A stretch of 32,000 nucleotides of DNA, from the sequence record CM099552.1. One strand, given 5' to 3'. Position 1 is the stretch's first letter. Every line of letters starts with the position of its first letter. A program made the translations under genes and the position numbers. The notes under the pieces are model-generated. The model made no database searches. It was not told where the DNA came from and saw only the letters and a list, made by a program, of their open reading frames with translations. This document shows, one piece after another, positions 25,438 through 32,000 of the stretch.

Positions 25438-27009
25438 ATGAGTCGCATTAGTAATTTAAGTAATTTAAGAATTCCGCATTTTAATTCGTGGAAAACAATT
25501 TGGTACGAAAAAGATAAAAATTATTCCTCTTTATTCTATAGAGATTTTCAATTATTTCAATATTTAAAAGGATTGTTTTATAGATTAAAAATGTTAACTG
25601 ATGATTTTTATTTTGATAATTTAACTAATAATTGTTTTTATATTAAAGTAAATGTGTATTTATACAAATTTCAAATAAAAAAATATTTTCTATCTTTTTT
25701 TAGTGATCAGTATTTACTGTATAATTTTTTTTTGAAAAAAAGAAAATTTAAGCATGTGATTAGTTCTAATTTTAGTGGCGTTTTTTATATCAGTAGTATT
25801 TTATATTTGAATTCAAACACTTCATTTTTTAGTTTTTTTAGTTTTTATTTGAATTCTTTATTTACTTTTGATTTGTATAATTTAAAATCAAATAATTCAT
25901 TTGCATTTTTTAATAGATTAAACAATTCAATTCAAGTATTAAAAAAAAAATTTAATGGACATCCTATTAAATTACGATTAAAAAAAAATTTAGTAATGTT
26001 TGGTTCTTTTTTTATCGCAAGAACAAATAATAAAAACTTATTAAAACATTATTCTTTCATCTTTGTATTAAAAAACATTATTTGCTTTTTATTTAATATA
26101 AAAAATAATTACTTTTTTTTACGCTCTTTTTTACATTATGTAGAAAAATTGAAATTATTAAAGTCTAGTTTATTATATTTTTTTAATGTAAATACAAGTA
26201 AAAAAGAATTAGTTTCTTTTTATTATTTAAAGGAAAATTGTAGACGAGAATTAGGTAGAGATGTTTTTGATGAACGTACATATTATGATTTTTTTTTTTA
26301 TTTTTTTTTGTATTCATTTACACTTAATGTAGAAAAAACTATATATTTATTTACAGGTAATAAATGTATATTTTATCCGGTATTTTATTATTATAAAAAG
26401 TTTCCTTCTTTTCTATCAGCTAAATTAATTAATGACTATGTTTTACTAGAATTAGAAAAAGGTAATAACATGTTCCGTATTTTTAAATCATTACAAAGTT
26501 ATCAATTAAAAGAAAAATATAAATTAAAACAAGAACTGATGGTAGATTTTAATAAAGAATTATTTTATTTATTTTTTAATAAGTATAAACTAGAATTAAA
26601 AGAAAAGTTTTTAATGTTTAGAAAATTAAAAAAAAAACATATAAAACTGAACTACTTATTAGCTAGAATTAATAAAAAATCTTTTTTTTCAAAATTTATT
26701 GAAATTAAAAAATTATTTGAGGAACTGTATTATAATGAAGTATTAATTAAAAAATATCCGTTAATCGGAATTAGAATTGAATGTAATGGTCCACCAAAAA
26801 GAGGTAGACAAGCTCGTTTAGTTGCATATCATCAAATTGTAAAAAATTATAAATTATTTGGTAAAATGCCTAATAAAAGTGTTTTAGCTGATATTGATTA
26901 TTATCAGTCTTTCGCAAGGACAAAACAAGGTTCTATCGGTATTAAAGTTTGGATTTTTTTTTATAGTAAAACATATGATTCAAAATATAAATTAATTAGT
27001 GTAATATAA
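25438..27009 (+). CDS. rps3: Ribosomal protein S3 (uS3), greatly expanded (523 aa)
   Basis: C-terminal domain GIRIECNGPPKRGRQARLVAYHQIV...GKMPNKSVLADIDYYQSFARTKQGSIGIKVWIF matches the uS3 C-terminus. Position between rps19 and rpl16. The central roughly 350 aa are N/F/K/Y-rich. Confidence 0.85.
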   Translation: MSRISNLSNLRIPHFNSWKTIWYEKDKNYSSLFYRDFQLFQYLKGLFYRLKMLTDDFYFDNLTNNCFYIKVNVYLYKFQIKKYFLSFFSDQYLLYNFFLKKRKFKHVISSNFSGVFYISSILYLNSNTSFFSFFSFYLNSLFTFDLYNLKSNNSFAFFNRLNNSIQVLKKKFNGHPIKLRLKKNLVMFGSFFIARTNNKNLLKHYSFIFVLKNIICFLFNIKNNYFFLRSFLHYVEKLKLLKSSLLYFFNVNTSKKELVSFYYLKENCRRELGRDVFDERTYYDFFFYFFLYSFTLNVEKTIYLFTGNKCIFYPVFYYYKKFPSFLSAKLINDYVLLELEKGNNMFRIFKSLQSYQLKEKYKLKQELMVDFNKELFYLFFNKYKLELKEKFLMFRKLKKKHIKLNYLLARINKKSFFSKFIEIKKLFEELYYNEVLIKKYPLIGIRIECNGPPKRGRQARLVAYHQIVKNYKLFGKMPNKSVLADIDYYQSFARTKQGSIGIKVWIFFYSKTYDSKYKLISVI

Positions 27010-27434
27010 TGAAAAAAAAATCACAATTACGTTTACATAAAAAATGTATCTATAGACATAAAATTAATTCCTCAAGTGAGTTATTATTATCTGGGGACTA
27101 TGGTTTTTTTGCTTTAGAAAATAGTATTCTAACTAAAGAACAAATTGAATGTTGTAGAGTTATTATTAGAAGAGAATTAAGAAAAAAAGGTTTTTTATTG
27201 ATCAGATGTAATTTTTTAATACCAATCACAAGTAAAGCTCTTGGAGTAAGAATGGGTAAAGGTAAAGGAGCAATTGATAAATATGTGGAGTTTATTAATA
27301 TTTTTGATTGCTTGTTTGAATTAAAAAATATTTCTTTCTTATTGGCTATTAAATTATTAAACAAAATATCTTATAAACTACCATTTAAAGTTTGTTTAAT
27401 TGATAAAAATAAAAATTTATATTATGCCAAATAA
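27009..27434 (+). CDS. rpl16: Ribosomal protein L16 (uL16)
   Basis: GDYGFFALENSILTKEQIECCRVIIRRELRK and ALGVRMGKGKGAIDKYV. Position after rps3. Confidence 0.9.
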   Translation: MKKKSQLRLHKKCIYRHKINSSSELLLSGDYGFFALENSILTKEQIECCRVIIRRELRKKGFLLIRCNFLIPITSKALGVRMGKGKGAIDKYVEFINIFDCLFELKNISFLLAIKLLNKISYKLPFKVCLIDKNKNLYYAK

Positions 27435-27441
27435 TAATTAA

Positions 27442-27813
27442 ATGATAGGAGTAAAAACACGTTTTTTTATAACAGATAATTCAGGGGGTAAACAAGCTGA
27501 ATGTATAAAAGTATTAAAAAAAAAGTATCAACATGCTTCGGTTGGAGATTACATTGTTGTTGCAATTAAAAAAGTAAAAATGCGTAAAAAAATGAAAGTA
27601 AAAATGCATGATGTTCGTTTTGGAATAATTGTACGTACAAAAAAAAATATTAGACGTTATAATGGGATTTACGTTTCATTTGAAGATAATGCAATGGTAT
27701 TATTAGATAAAAATTTAAATCCAATTGGAAATAGAATTAATGGACCGTTATCGTATGAAGTTAGAGAAAAAAAATTAATGAAATTAATTCTTGTTGCTCC
27801 AAGTATTTTTTAA
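27442..27813 (+). CDS. rpl14: Ribosomal protein L14 (uL14)
   Basis: MIGVKTRFFITDNSGGKQAECIKVL and FEDNAMVLLDKNLNPIGNRINGPL. Confidence 0.92.
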   Translation: MIGVKTRFFITDNSGGKQAECIKVLKKKYQHASVGDYIVVAIKKVKMRKKMKVKMHDVRFGIIVRTKKNIRRYNGIYVSFEDNAMVLLDKNLNPIGNRINGPLSYEVREKKLMKLILVAPSIF

Positions 27814-28392
27814 ATGAATAATAAAATTAATTTTTCTAACATTAATTATTCTTTTTTGTCTAGTATTTTAGGTGAAAAATTATTACTAAATACAACTTCT
27901 GTATATTATAATTATATCAAATTTTATTTTTTGTTGAAAAATGAAGGTAACAATCGTTTTCTTTTTTTACTAAAAATTATGTTAATTGAAAAATTAACAA
28001 ATAATAAAATAAAATTTATATATAATGCTAATTTATTAAAAAAAAAAAAAATGAAAGTAGGTGGTTATTTAGTTGTTTCAAAACAAAAAATTTATTCTCT
28101 TTTGTTAATGATTTTTTATTATTCATTACCAAAATTAGTATATTCTCTTGATATTAATTTAAATAATTATTATACTTTTTATAATACAAAATGGAATATA
28201 TATTCTGTATTGTTTTTATCATTGACTAAATTTTTATTTTTTAATTTTTTTAGTCATAATTTAGATTATTATAAATATTATAATTTTTTTGAAAATGCAA
28301 TATACAAATTAAAAATTAAAGTCAGTACTTCTTTTAAATATTATTTAGTTAATCGTGATTTATTCAGATTAATCGGTTTTAATATTATTTAA
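27814..28392 (+). CDS. rpl5: Probable ribosomal protein L5 (uL5), highly diverged
   Basis: Position between rpl14 and rps14, as in the spc operon. KKKKMKVGGYLVVSKQKIYSLLLMIFYYSLPKL resembles the uL5 segment R.GMPIG.KVTLRG..M..FL..L....LPR. Confidence 0.6.
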   Translation: MNNKINFSNINYSFLSSILGEKLLLNTTSVYYNYIKFYFLLKNEGNNRFLFLLKIMLIEKLTNNKIKFIYNANLLKKKKMKVGGYLVVSKQKIYSLLLMIFYYSLPKLVYSLDINLNNYYTFYNTKWNIYSVLFLSLTKFLFFNFFSHNLDYYKYYNFFENAIYKLKIKVSTSFKYYLVNRDLFRLIGFNII

Positions 28393-28688
28393 TGGTTTCA
28401 AGATTATTAGTAATTAAAGATTATAATAGACGTGCTTTTTTAAATAAAAATTTTGAATCAAAAGTGTATCTAAAAAGTAACATTCAAAATTTTTATATGA
28501 AAAAAAAAATCTACTATTATTTAGTTAGATTTGTATATTTATATGATTCGTACTCAAAAATAAAAAATTTTTGTGTTCTTTCTTATAGAAGAAGAGGTGT
28601 ATTTAGTTATTTTAAATTAACTAGAATGATGTTTAAGTTTTACGCTTTAAATAAACAATTAGTCGGTATGATTAAATCTTCGTGGTAA
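28392..28688 (+). CDS. rps14: Ribosomal protein S14 (uS14)
   Basis: C-terminal CVLSYRRRGVFSYFKLTRMMFKFYALNKQLVGMIKSSW matches C..tGR.r.....F.lsR...R..a..G.lpG..KaSW. Confidence 0.88.
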   Translation: MVSRLLVIKDYNRRAFLNKNFESKVYLKSNIQNFYMKKKIYYYLVRFVYLYDSYSKIKNFCVLSYRRRGVFSYFKLTRMMFKFYALNKQLVGMIKSSW

Positions 28689-28700
28689 CTATATTTAATT

Positions 28701-29126
28701 ATGTTAAAAATTAAATCCCCTAATTATATTTTTGGAGCATTTTTTTGTTCTTTAAAAAATGCAATTTTAAAGAAACAATCTTCTTTTACAACTTATATAA
28801 GTAAATTTACAGTACTAGTTAGTTACTTTTTTTTAAAAAAAAGATATTTTAGTAATGTTGAAATTTATCAAGTAGATCCTTCCATGAAAAAGAAAGGGTA
28901 TATTTTATATATTGTAATAAATTATTCAGAAGAAGAAAACTCATTTAGTAATGTTTTTTTATTGTATACAAGAAAAAGATCTAAATCAATTTCTGTTAAA
29001 AGATTACAATCATTAACACGTATTGAACGAGTTATTTATGTATTATCTACTTCTAAAGGTATTTTAAATACGTCTGAGTCAATTATAAAAAATGTAGGAG
29101 GTGTTGTATTATTAGAAGTATTATAG
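28701..29126 (+). CDS. rps8: Ribosomal protein S8 (uS8)
   Basis: Position between rps14 and rpl6. C-terminal VLSTSKGILNTSESIIKNVGGVVLLEV matches the uS8 terminus (..ST..G.....eA....vGGe.l..v). Confidence 0.8.
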   Translation: MLKIKSPNYIFGAFFCSLKNAILKKQSSFTTYISKFTVLVSYFFLKKRYFSNVEIYQVDPSMKKKGYILYIVINYSEEENSFSNVFLLYTRKRSKSISVKRLQSLTRIERVIYVLSTSKGILNTSESIIKNVGGVVLLEVL

Positions 29127-29130
29127 TATT

Positions 29131-29631
29131 ATGTCATTTAAACAATTTTTTTATATTAATAATTTATATTTTTATGTAGAATTAAATACATATTTAGTTG
29201 GAACAGATTTAAGTTTCTTTAAATATAGATTTAATTCATCTTTTTTTTTTTTTATCATGAATAATATTTTTTATTTTTTTTATTTTCATTTATTAGAAAA
29301 TGAAAAAGCAATTAATATTTTATGGAAACAAAATAAATACTTATTTTTTTCTTTTTTTAAATCCAATATATTTTATAACATTAAGCATTTAAAATTAGAG
29401 GGAAGGGGGTACAAGTTATATTATTATTTAAATTATATTATTTTTAAATTAGGATATAGCCATTTATGCTATTTTCTTTTACCTTTAAATGTTTCTTTTT
29501 TTTCAAAGAAAAAAAAATCTCATTTTAAATTAGTTAGTTTGTCTAATGAATTGATAGGTAATTTATTATTTCGTATGCAGTCTTTCAGAATTCCAAATAC
29601 ATTTAAAAAAAAAGGTATATTTATAGCTTAA
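29131..29631 (+). CDS. rpl6: Ribosomal protein L6 (uL6)
   Basis: LKLEGRGYKL (uL6 L.l.GvGyr) and the C-terminal LIGNLLFRMQSFRIPNTFKKKGIFI (..vgq.aa.iR..R.pepYKgKGi.y). Position after rps8. Confidence 0.8.
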   Translation: MSFKQFFYINNLYFYVELNTYLVGTDLSFFKYRFNSSFFFFIMNNIFYFFYFHLLENEKAINILWKQNKYLFFSFFKSNIFYNIKHLKLEGRGYKLYYYLNYIIFKLGYSHLCYFLLPLNVSFFSKKKKSHFKLVSLSNELIGNLLFRMQSFRIPNTFKKKGIFIA

Positions 29632-29632
29632 A

Positions 29633-31414
29633 ATGAACTTTCCAAGCATCTTATTTTTTTATAAAATTAATTCTTATTATTCTGATATTAGATTAGCATT
29701 TTTATGTAATTATTATTTTAAATTACATAATATTTTATTTACAAATTTATATATCAGAATTTATAGATATAAATTAACTAAGTTACAAAAAAACAATACA
29801 AAAATGAATATACAAGAAAAGTATAAGAAAATAGATAGAGATTTATTTTCAGATAAAATAAAAAAAAAAAAACGTAGCTTTACAAAACGTAAAATTAATA
29901 CAGAAATGGTAGATAATAATAAAAGAAATTTTTCATATTCTTTTTCCTCGTTTTATTCATCCAATGAAAATAAATATCCTTTAGATAATAAAAGAGAATA
30001 TAATAAAAATCGTTCTAGAAAAAAAAAACACTATGTTTATATTAATAAATTTAAAGATTGTGGTAATCAATATAATTTTGATCCATTTTACCCAGGTACT
30101 ACTTATAAATTAAGTGAGTATAATTTTTATAGAACAAAAAAAATAAAAAAAAAAACTATTGTAATGCCTAAACCTAAATTAGATTTATCTATATTTGATC
30201 CACGTTTAGGCGATGCTAATTTTAAATATTTTAATAATTATTTATTTAATCTATTATTAGAAGTTTATAATAATAAAGAAACAAATAAAAAAGAATTTTT
30301 ATCTGCTTTAAAGAGTAATAATTTATTTTTTTTTAATTTTTTACGTTTTTTAAAAAGAAGAATTTCATATATAAAAATAGTAGTTTTAAATTTTAAAAAA
30401 GTGTTACGTAATTATATTTATAAACTAAATTTATTTAACCATTCTTTAAGTTTGGATAAAGAATCATTATCTATTTTTTTATCTTATTTAAAATTAAAAA
30501 GTTCTTTTTTCTTTAAGTTGTATTTAAAATTAGTAAGCAATTATAATATTGCATTTTCACGTTTAGAAAAAGCAAATAATGTTTTTTTTACTTACGTTGA
30601 AATATATAATTCTTTACTTTCATTTTTAAAAAAAAAACATACTTTGTTAACTAGTAAAAAAAAAAAAAAATCAAACTCAAAAGATTATTTTAAACGTGTT
30701 AATAGAGCAGAAAAATTACATTCGATATTGACTAATCTTCATGCCAATACTATGCGCTACTTTAATGTAAGAGAAATGCATAAATGGGAAAAAAAAAGAT
30801 CAAAGTCTAATATTTACATTACAATGAATCAATATATTACTTTATATAGATCATTATTTAAATATTATTTTTTAAAAGATCATTTTGAAAATAATGCTAT
30901 TATATATATAAAAGCAACAGCTACAAATGTTTATTTGTATTTTATATATGGTAATAAACTACTATTTAAAAAAAGTTGTGGTGAATTATCTGATGTAAAA
31001 AAAAAAGAAAGACGTTTTTGGCGTAATATATATCCTTTAGTAGAATCATTTTTGCCTTTTTTAGTTCAAATGAAATCTAAATATAGATTTCCTTTTGTTT
31101 CTTTATATTTAAATGGTAGTTCCTCATTATGTACTCCTTTAATTAGTAGAATGCGTAAACATAATAAAAAATTTCGTAGAATAGTTTATTTCTTATTTAA
31201 TGAAATGGACTTTTTTTATAATAAAACACTTGAAATAAAAGATAAATATAGAAACCGTTATAATTTTTATCCAGTTTATCGTTTAAAATTTTATTCTATC
31301 TTAGATGGATTTAATAGATTAAGTAAGATCTTTTTTGCAGTAAATAAAGTAAAAGATATTACATCCTGGCCATATAATGGATGTAAAAAAAAAAAAAAAA
31401 AAAATGTTAGATAG
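29633..31414 (+). CDS. rps11: Ribosomal protein S11 (uS11) domain at the C-terminus of a 593-aa ORF
   Basis: The last roughly 190 aa align to uS11. IIYIKATATNVYLYFIYGNKLLFKKSCGEL matches hIhAsfNNTivtitD..GN.l.w.saG. VSLYLNGSSSLCTPLISRM matches v.v.vkGpG.GRe..iRal. The terminal VKDITSWPYNGCKKKKKKNVR matches ItDvTPiPHNGCRPPKkRR. The N-terminal roughly 400 aa have no recognisable homology. Confidence 0.75.
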   Translation: MNFPSILFFYKINSYYSDIRLAFLCNYYFKLHNILFTNLYIRIYRYKLTKLQKNNTKMNIQEKYKKIDRDLFSDKIKKKKRSFTKRKINTEMVDNNKRNFSYSFSSFYSSNENKYPLDNKREYNKNRSRKKKHYVYINKFKDCGNQYNFDPFYPGTTYKLSEYNFYRTKKIKKKTIVMPKPKLDLSIFDPRLGDANFKYFNNYLFNLLLEVYNNKETNKKEFLSALKSNNLFFFNFLRFLKRRISYIKIVVLNFKKVLRNYIYKLNLFNHSLSLDKESLSIFLSYLKLKSSFFFKLYLKLVSNYNIAFSRLEKANNVFFTYVEIYNSLLSFLKKKHTLLTSKKKKKSNSKDYFKRVNRAEKLHSILTNLHANTMRYFNVREMHKWEKKRSKSNIYITMNQYITLYRSLFKYYFLKDHFENNAIIYIKATATNVYLYFIYGNKLLFKKSCGELSDVKKKERRFWRNIYPLVESFLPFLVQMKSKYRFPFVSLYLNGSSSLCTPLISRMRKHNKKFRRIVYFLFNEMDFFYNKTLEIKDKYRNRYNFYPVYRLKFYSILDGFNRLSKIFFAVNKVKDITSWPYNGCKKKKKKNVR

Positions 31415-31868
31415 TTTAAGTCCTTTTAAACAAAAAAGACATCTTTTAAGACAATTAAATTGTTTACAATTTTTTAAAAGTCGTTTTGGTATAGGAGTAT
31501 CCATTGCAAAATCATTATGTTATTTTTCTGGATTACATCCTAATTTACGTATGCATTTATTTTTAGATAATTATTTTAATTCTTTTTATTCTCATTTTTA
31601 TATACTTAAAAGAATTAAATATTTTTTTTTAACAAATAAAAATAATTTAGATCATTTTCTTCATAAAGAAATGATTTCTTGTATTAACGTTTTAAAAACA
31701 ATTCGTTGCCTAAAAGGTAAAAGACATTCAACTTTTTTACCTGTAAGAGGACAACGTAATAGAACAAATGCTCGTACAAGAAAAATTATTTATTTAGGTA
31801 TTGATAAGAAAAACAAAAAAAAAAAAACAAGTGTAAAAAACAATATAGTTAAAAATATTAATAATTAA
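31377..31868 (+). CDS. rps13: Ribosomal protein S13 (uS13)
   Basis: FGIGVSIAKSLC (yGiG...a..i) and CLKGKRHSTFLPVRGQRNRTNARTRK (yrG.RH...LPVRGQRT.TNARTRKG). An alternative start ATG at 31404 would shrink the overlap with rps11 from 38 nt to 11 nt. Confidence 0.88.
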   Translation: MDVKKKKKKMLDSLSPFKQKRHLLRQLNCLQFFKSRFGIGVSIAKSLCYFSGLHPNLRMHLFLDNYFNSFYSHFYILKRIKYFFLTNKNNLDHFLHKEMISCINVLKTIRCLKGKRHSTFLPVRGQRNRTNARTRKIIYLGIDKKNKKKKTSVKNNIVKNINN

Positions 31869-31885
31869 CATCACATAATTTATAA

Positions 31886-32000
31886 ATGGTTTTAAATCAA
31901 CAAAAAAACATTTTATCATATAATTCAAAATATTTTTATTTTGATATTTCTTTAGTTATTTTTTTCATTTTTAATATCGTATGGGTATTATTTGATTCTT
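31886..32000 (+). CDS. 5' end of a further ORF running off the window (MVLNQQKNILSYNSKYFYFDISLVIFFIFNIVWVLFDS...)
   Basis: An ATG 18 nt after the rps13 stop opens a frame with no stop before the window edge. The hydrophobic segment suggests a membrane protein. Too short to identify. Confidence 0.3.
   Translation, partial: MVLNQQKNILSYNSKYFYFDISLVIFFIFNIVWVLFDS

Noticed and set aside
27098-27364. 88-aa minus-strand ORF antisense to rpl16
   Set aside because: It is an antisense chance frame within a conserved CDS.
29633-30830. Reading the N-terminal 400 aa of the rps11 ORF as decayed rpl18 and rps5
   Set aside because: I could not find any uL18 or uS5 signature by eye. The idea is retained only as a hypothesis to test, not as an annotation.
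31319-31504. 61-aa minus-strand ORF across the rps11/rps13 junction
   Set aside because: It is the antisense frame of the A20 tract (giving poly-F) and of two conserved genes.
1-32000. Search for CRISPR arrays, transposons or IS elements, group I/II introns, homing endonucleases, plasmid-like or defence-system genes
   Set aside because: There are no direct-repeat/spacer arrays. rnl domain V and cox1 are both colinear and uninterrupted. There are no LAGLIDADG, GIY-YIG, reverse-transcriptase or transposase-like ORFs. All long ORFs are accounted for by standard mitochondrial functions or short anonymous ORFs.

Overview
The window is a strongly AT-rich, very gene-dense segment of a protist mitochondrial genome. 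Every credible gene lies on the + strand. It starts inside the large-subunit rRNA gene (GTPase-centre, peptidyl-transferase and sarcin-ricin sequences are readable). It then encodes about 40 proteins and 9-10 tRNAs with almost no spacer.

Recognised genes:
- Complex I: nad1, nad4L, nad5, nad6, nad8, nad11.
- Other respiratory genes: sdh2, cob, cox1, cox3, cox11.
- ATP synthase: atp1, atp3, atp8.
- A bacterial S10/spc-like ribosomal block: rps10-rpl11-rpl2-rps19-rps3-rpl16-rpl14-rpl5-rps14-rps8-rpl6-rps11-rps13.
- Separately placed rps12, rps2 and a probable rps7.

Finding cox11, atp3, nad8, nad11 and sdh2 together in mtDNA is rare. Combined with the AT bias and the inflated ribosomal proteins, it suggests to me a heterolobosean (Naegleria-type) mitochondrion. 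That assignment is inference and needs a database search. The genetic code looks standard: trnW has anticodon CCA, the standard-code ORFs are intact, and every stop I checked is TAA or TAG.

I see no CRISPR array, mobile element, intron or defence-type system.

Most notable observations:
- Acceptor-stem mismatches confined to positions 1-2 of trnF (two copies) and position 1 of trnN. This is the classic signature of mitochondrial tRNA 5' editing. trnH also lacks an encoded G-1.
- The two trnF copies differ only at the templating position 71.
- A 28-codon rpl32-like mini-ORF, below the ORF-track cutoff, abuts trnF.
- A tRNA-like element has no drawable anticodon arm and is followed by a GC-containing hairpin.
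- rps11, rps3 and rps7 are greatly expanded. An A20 tract lies in the rps11/rps13 overlap.
- cox1 and cob carry extra C-terminal segments.
- Several ORFs remain unassigned (310, 164, 152 and 44 codons).
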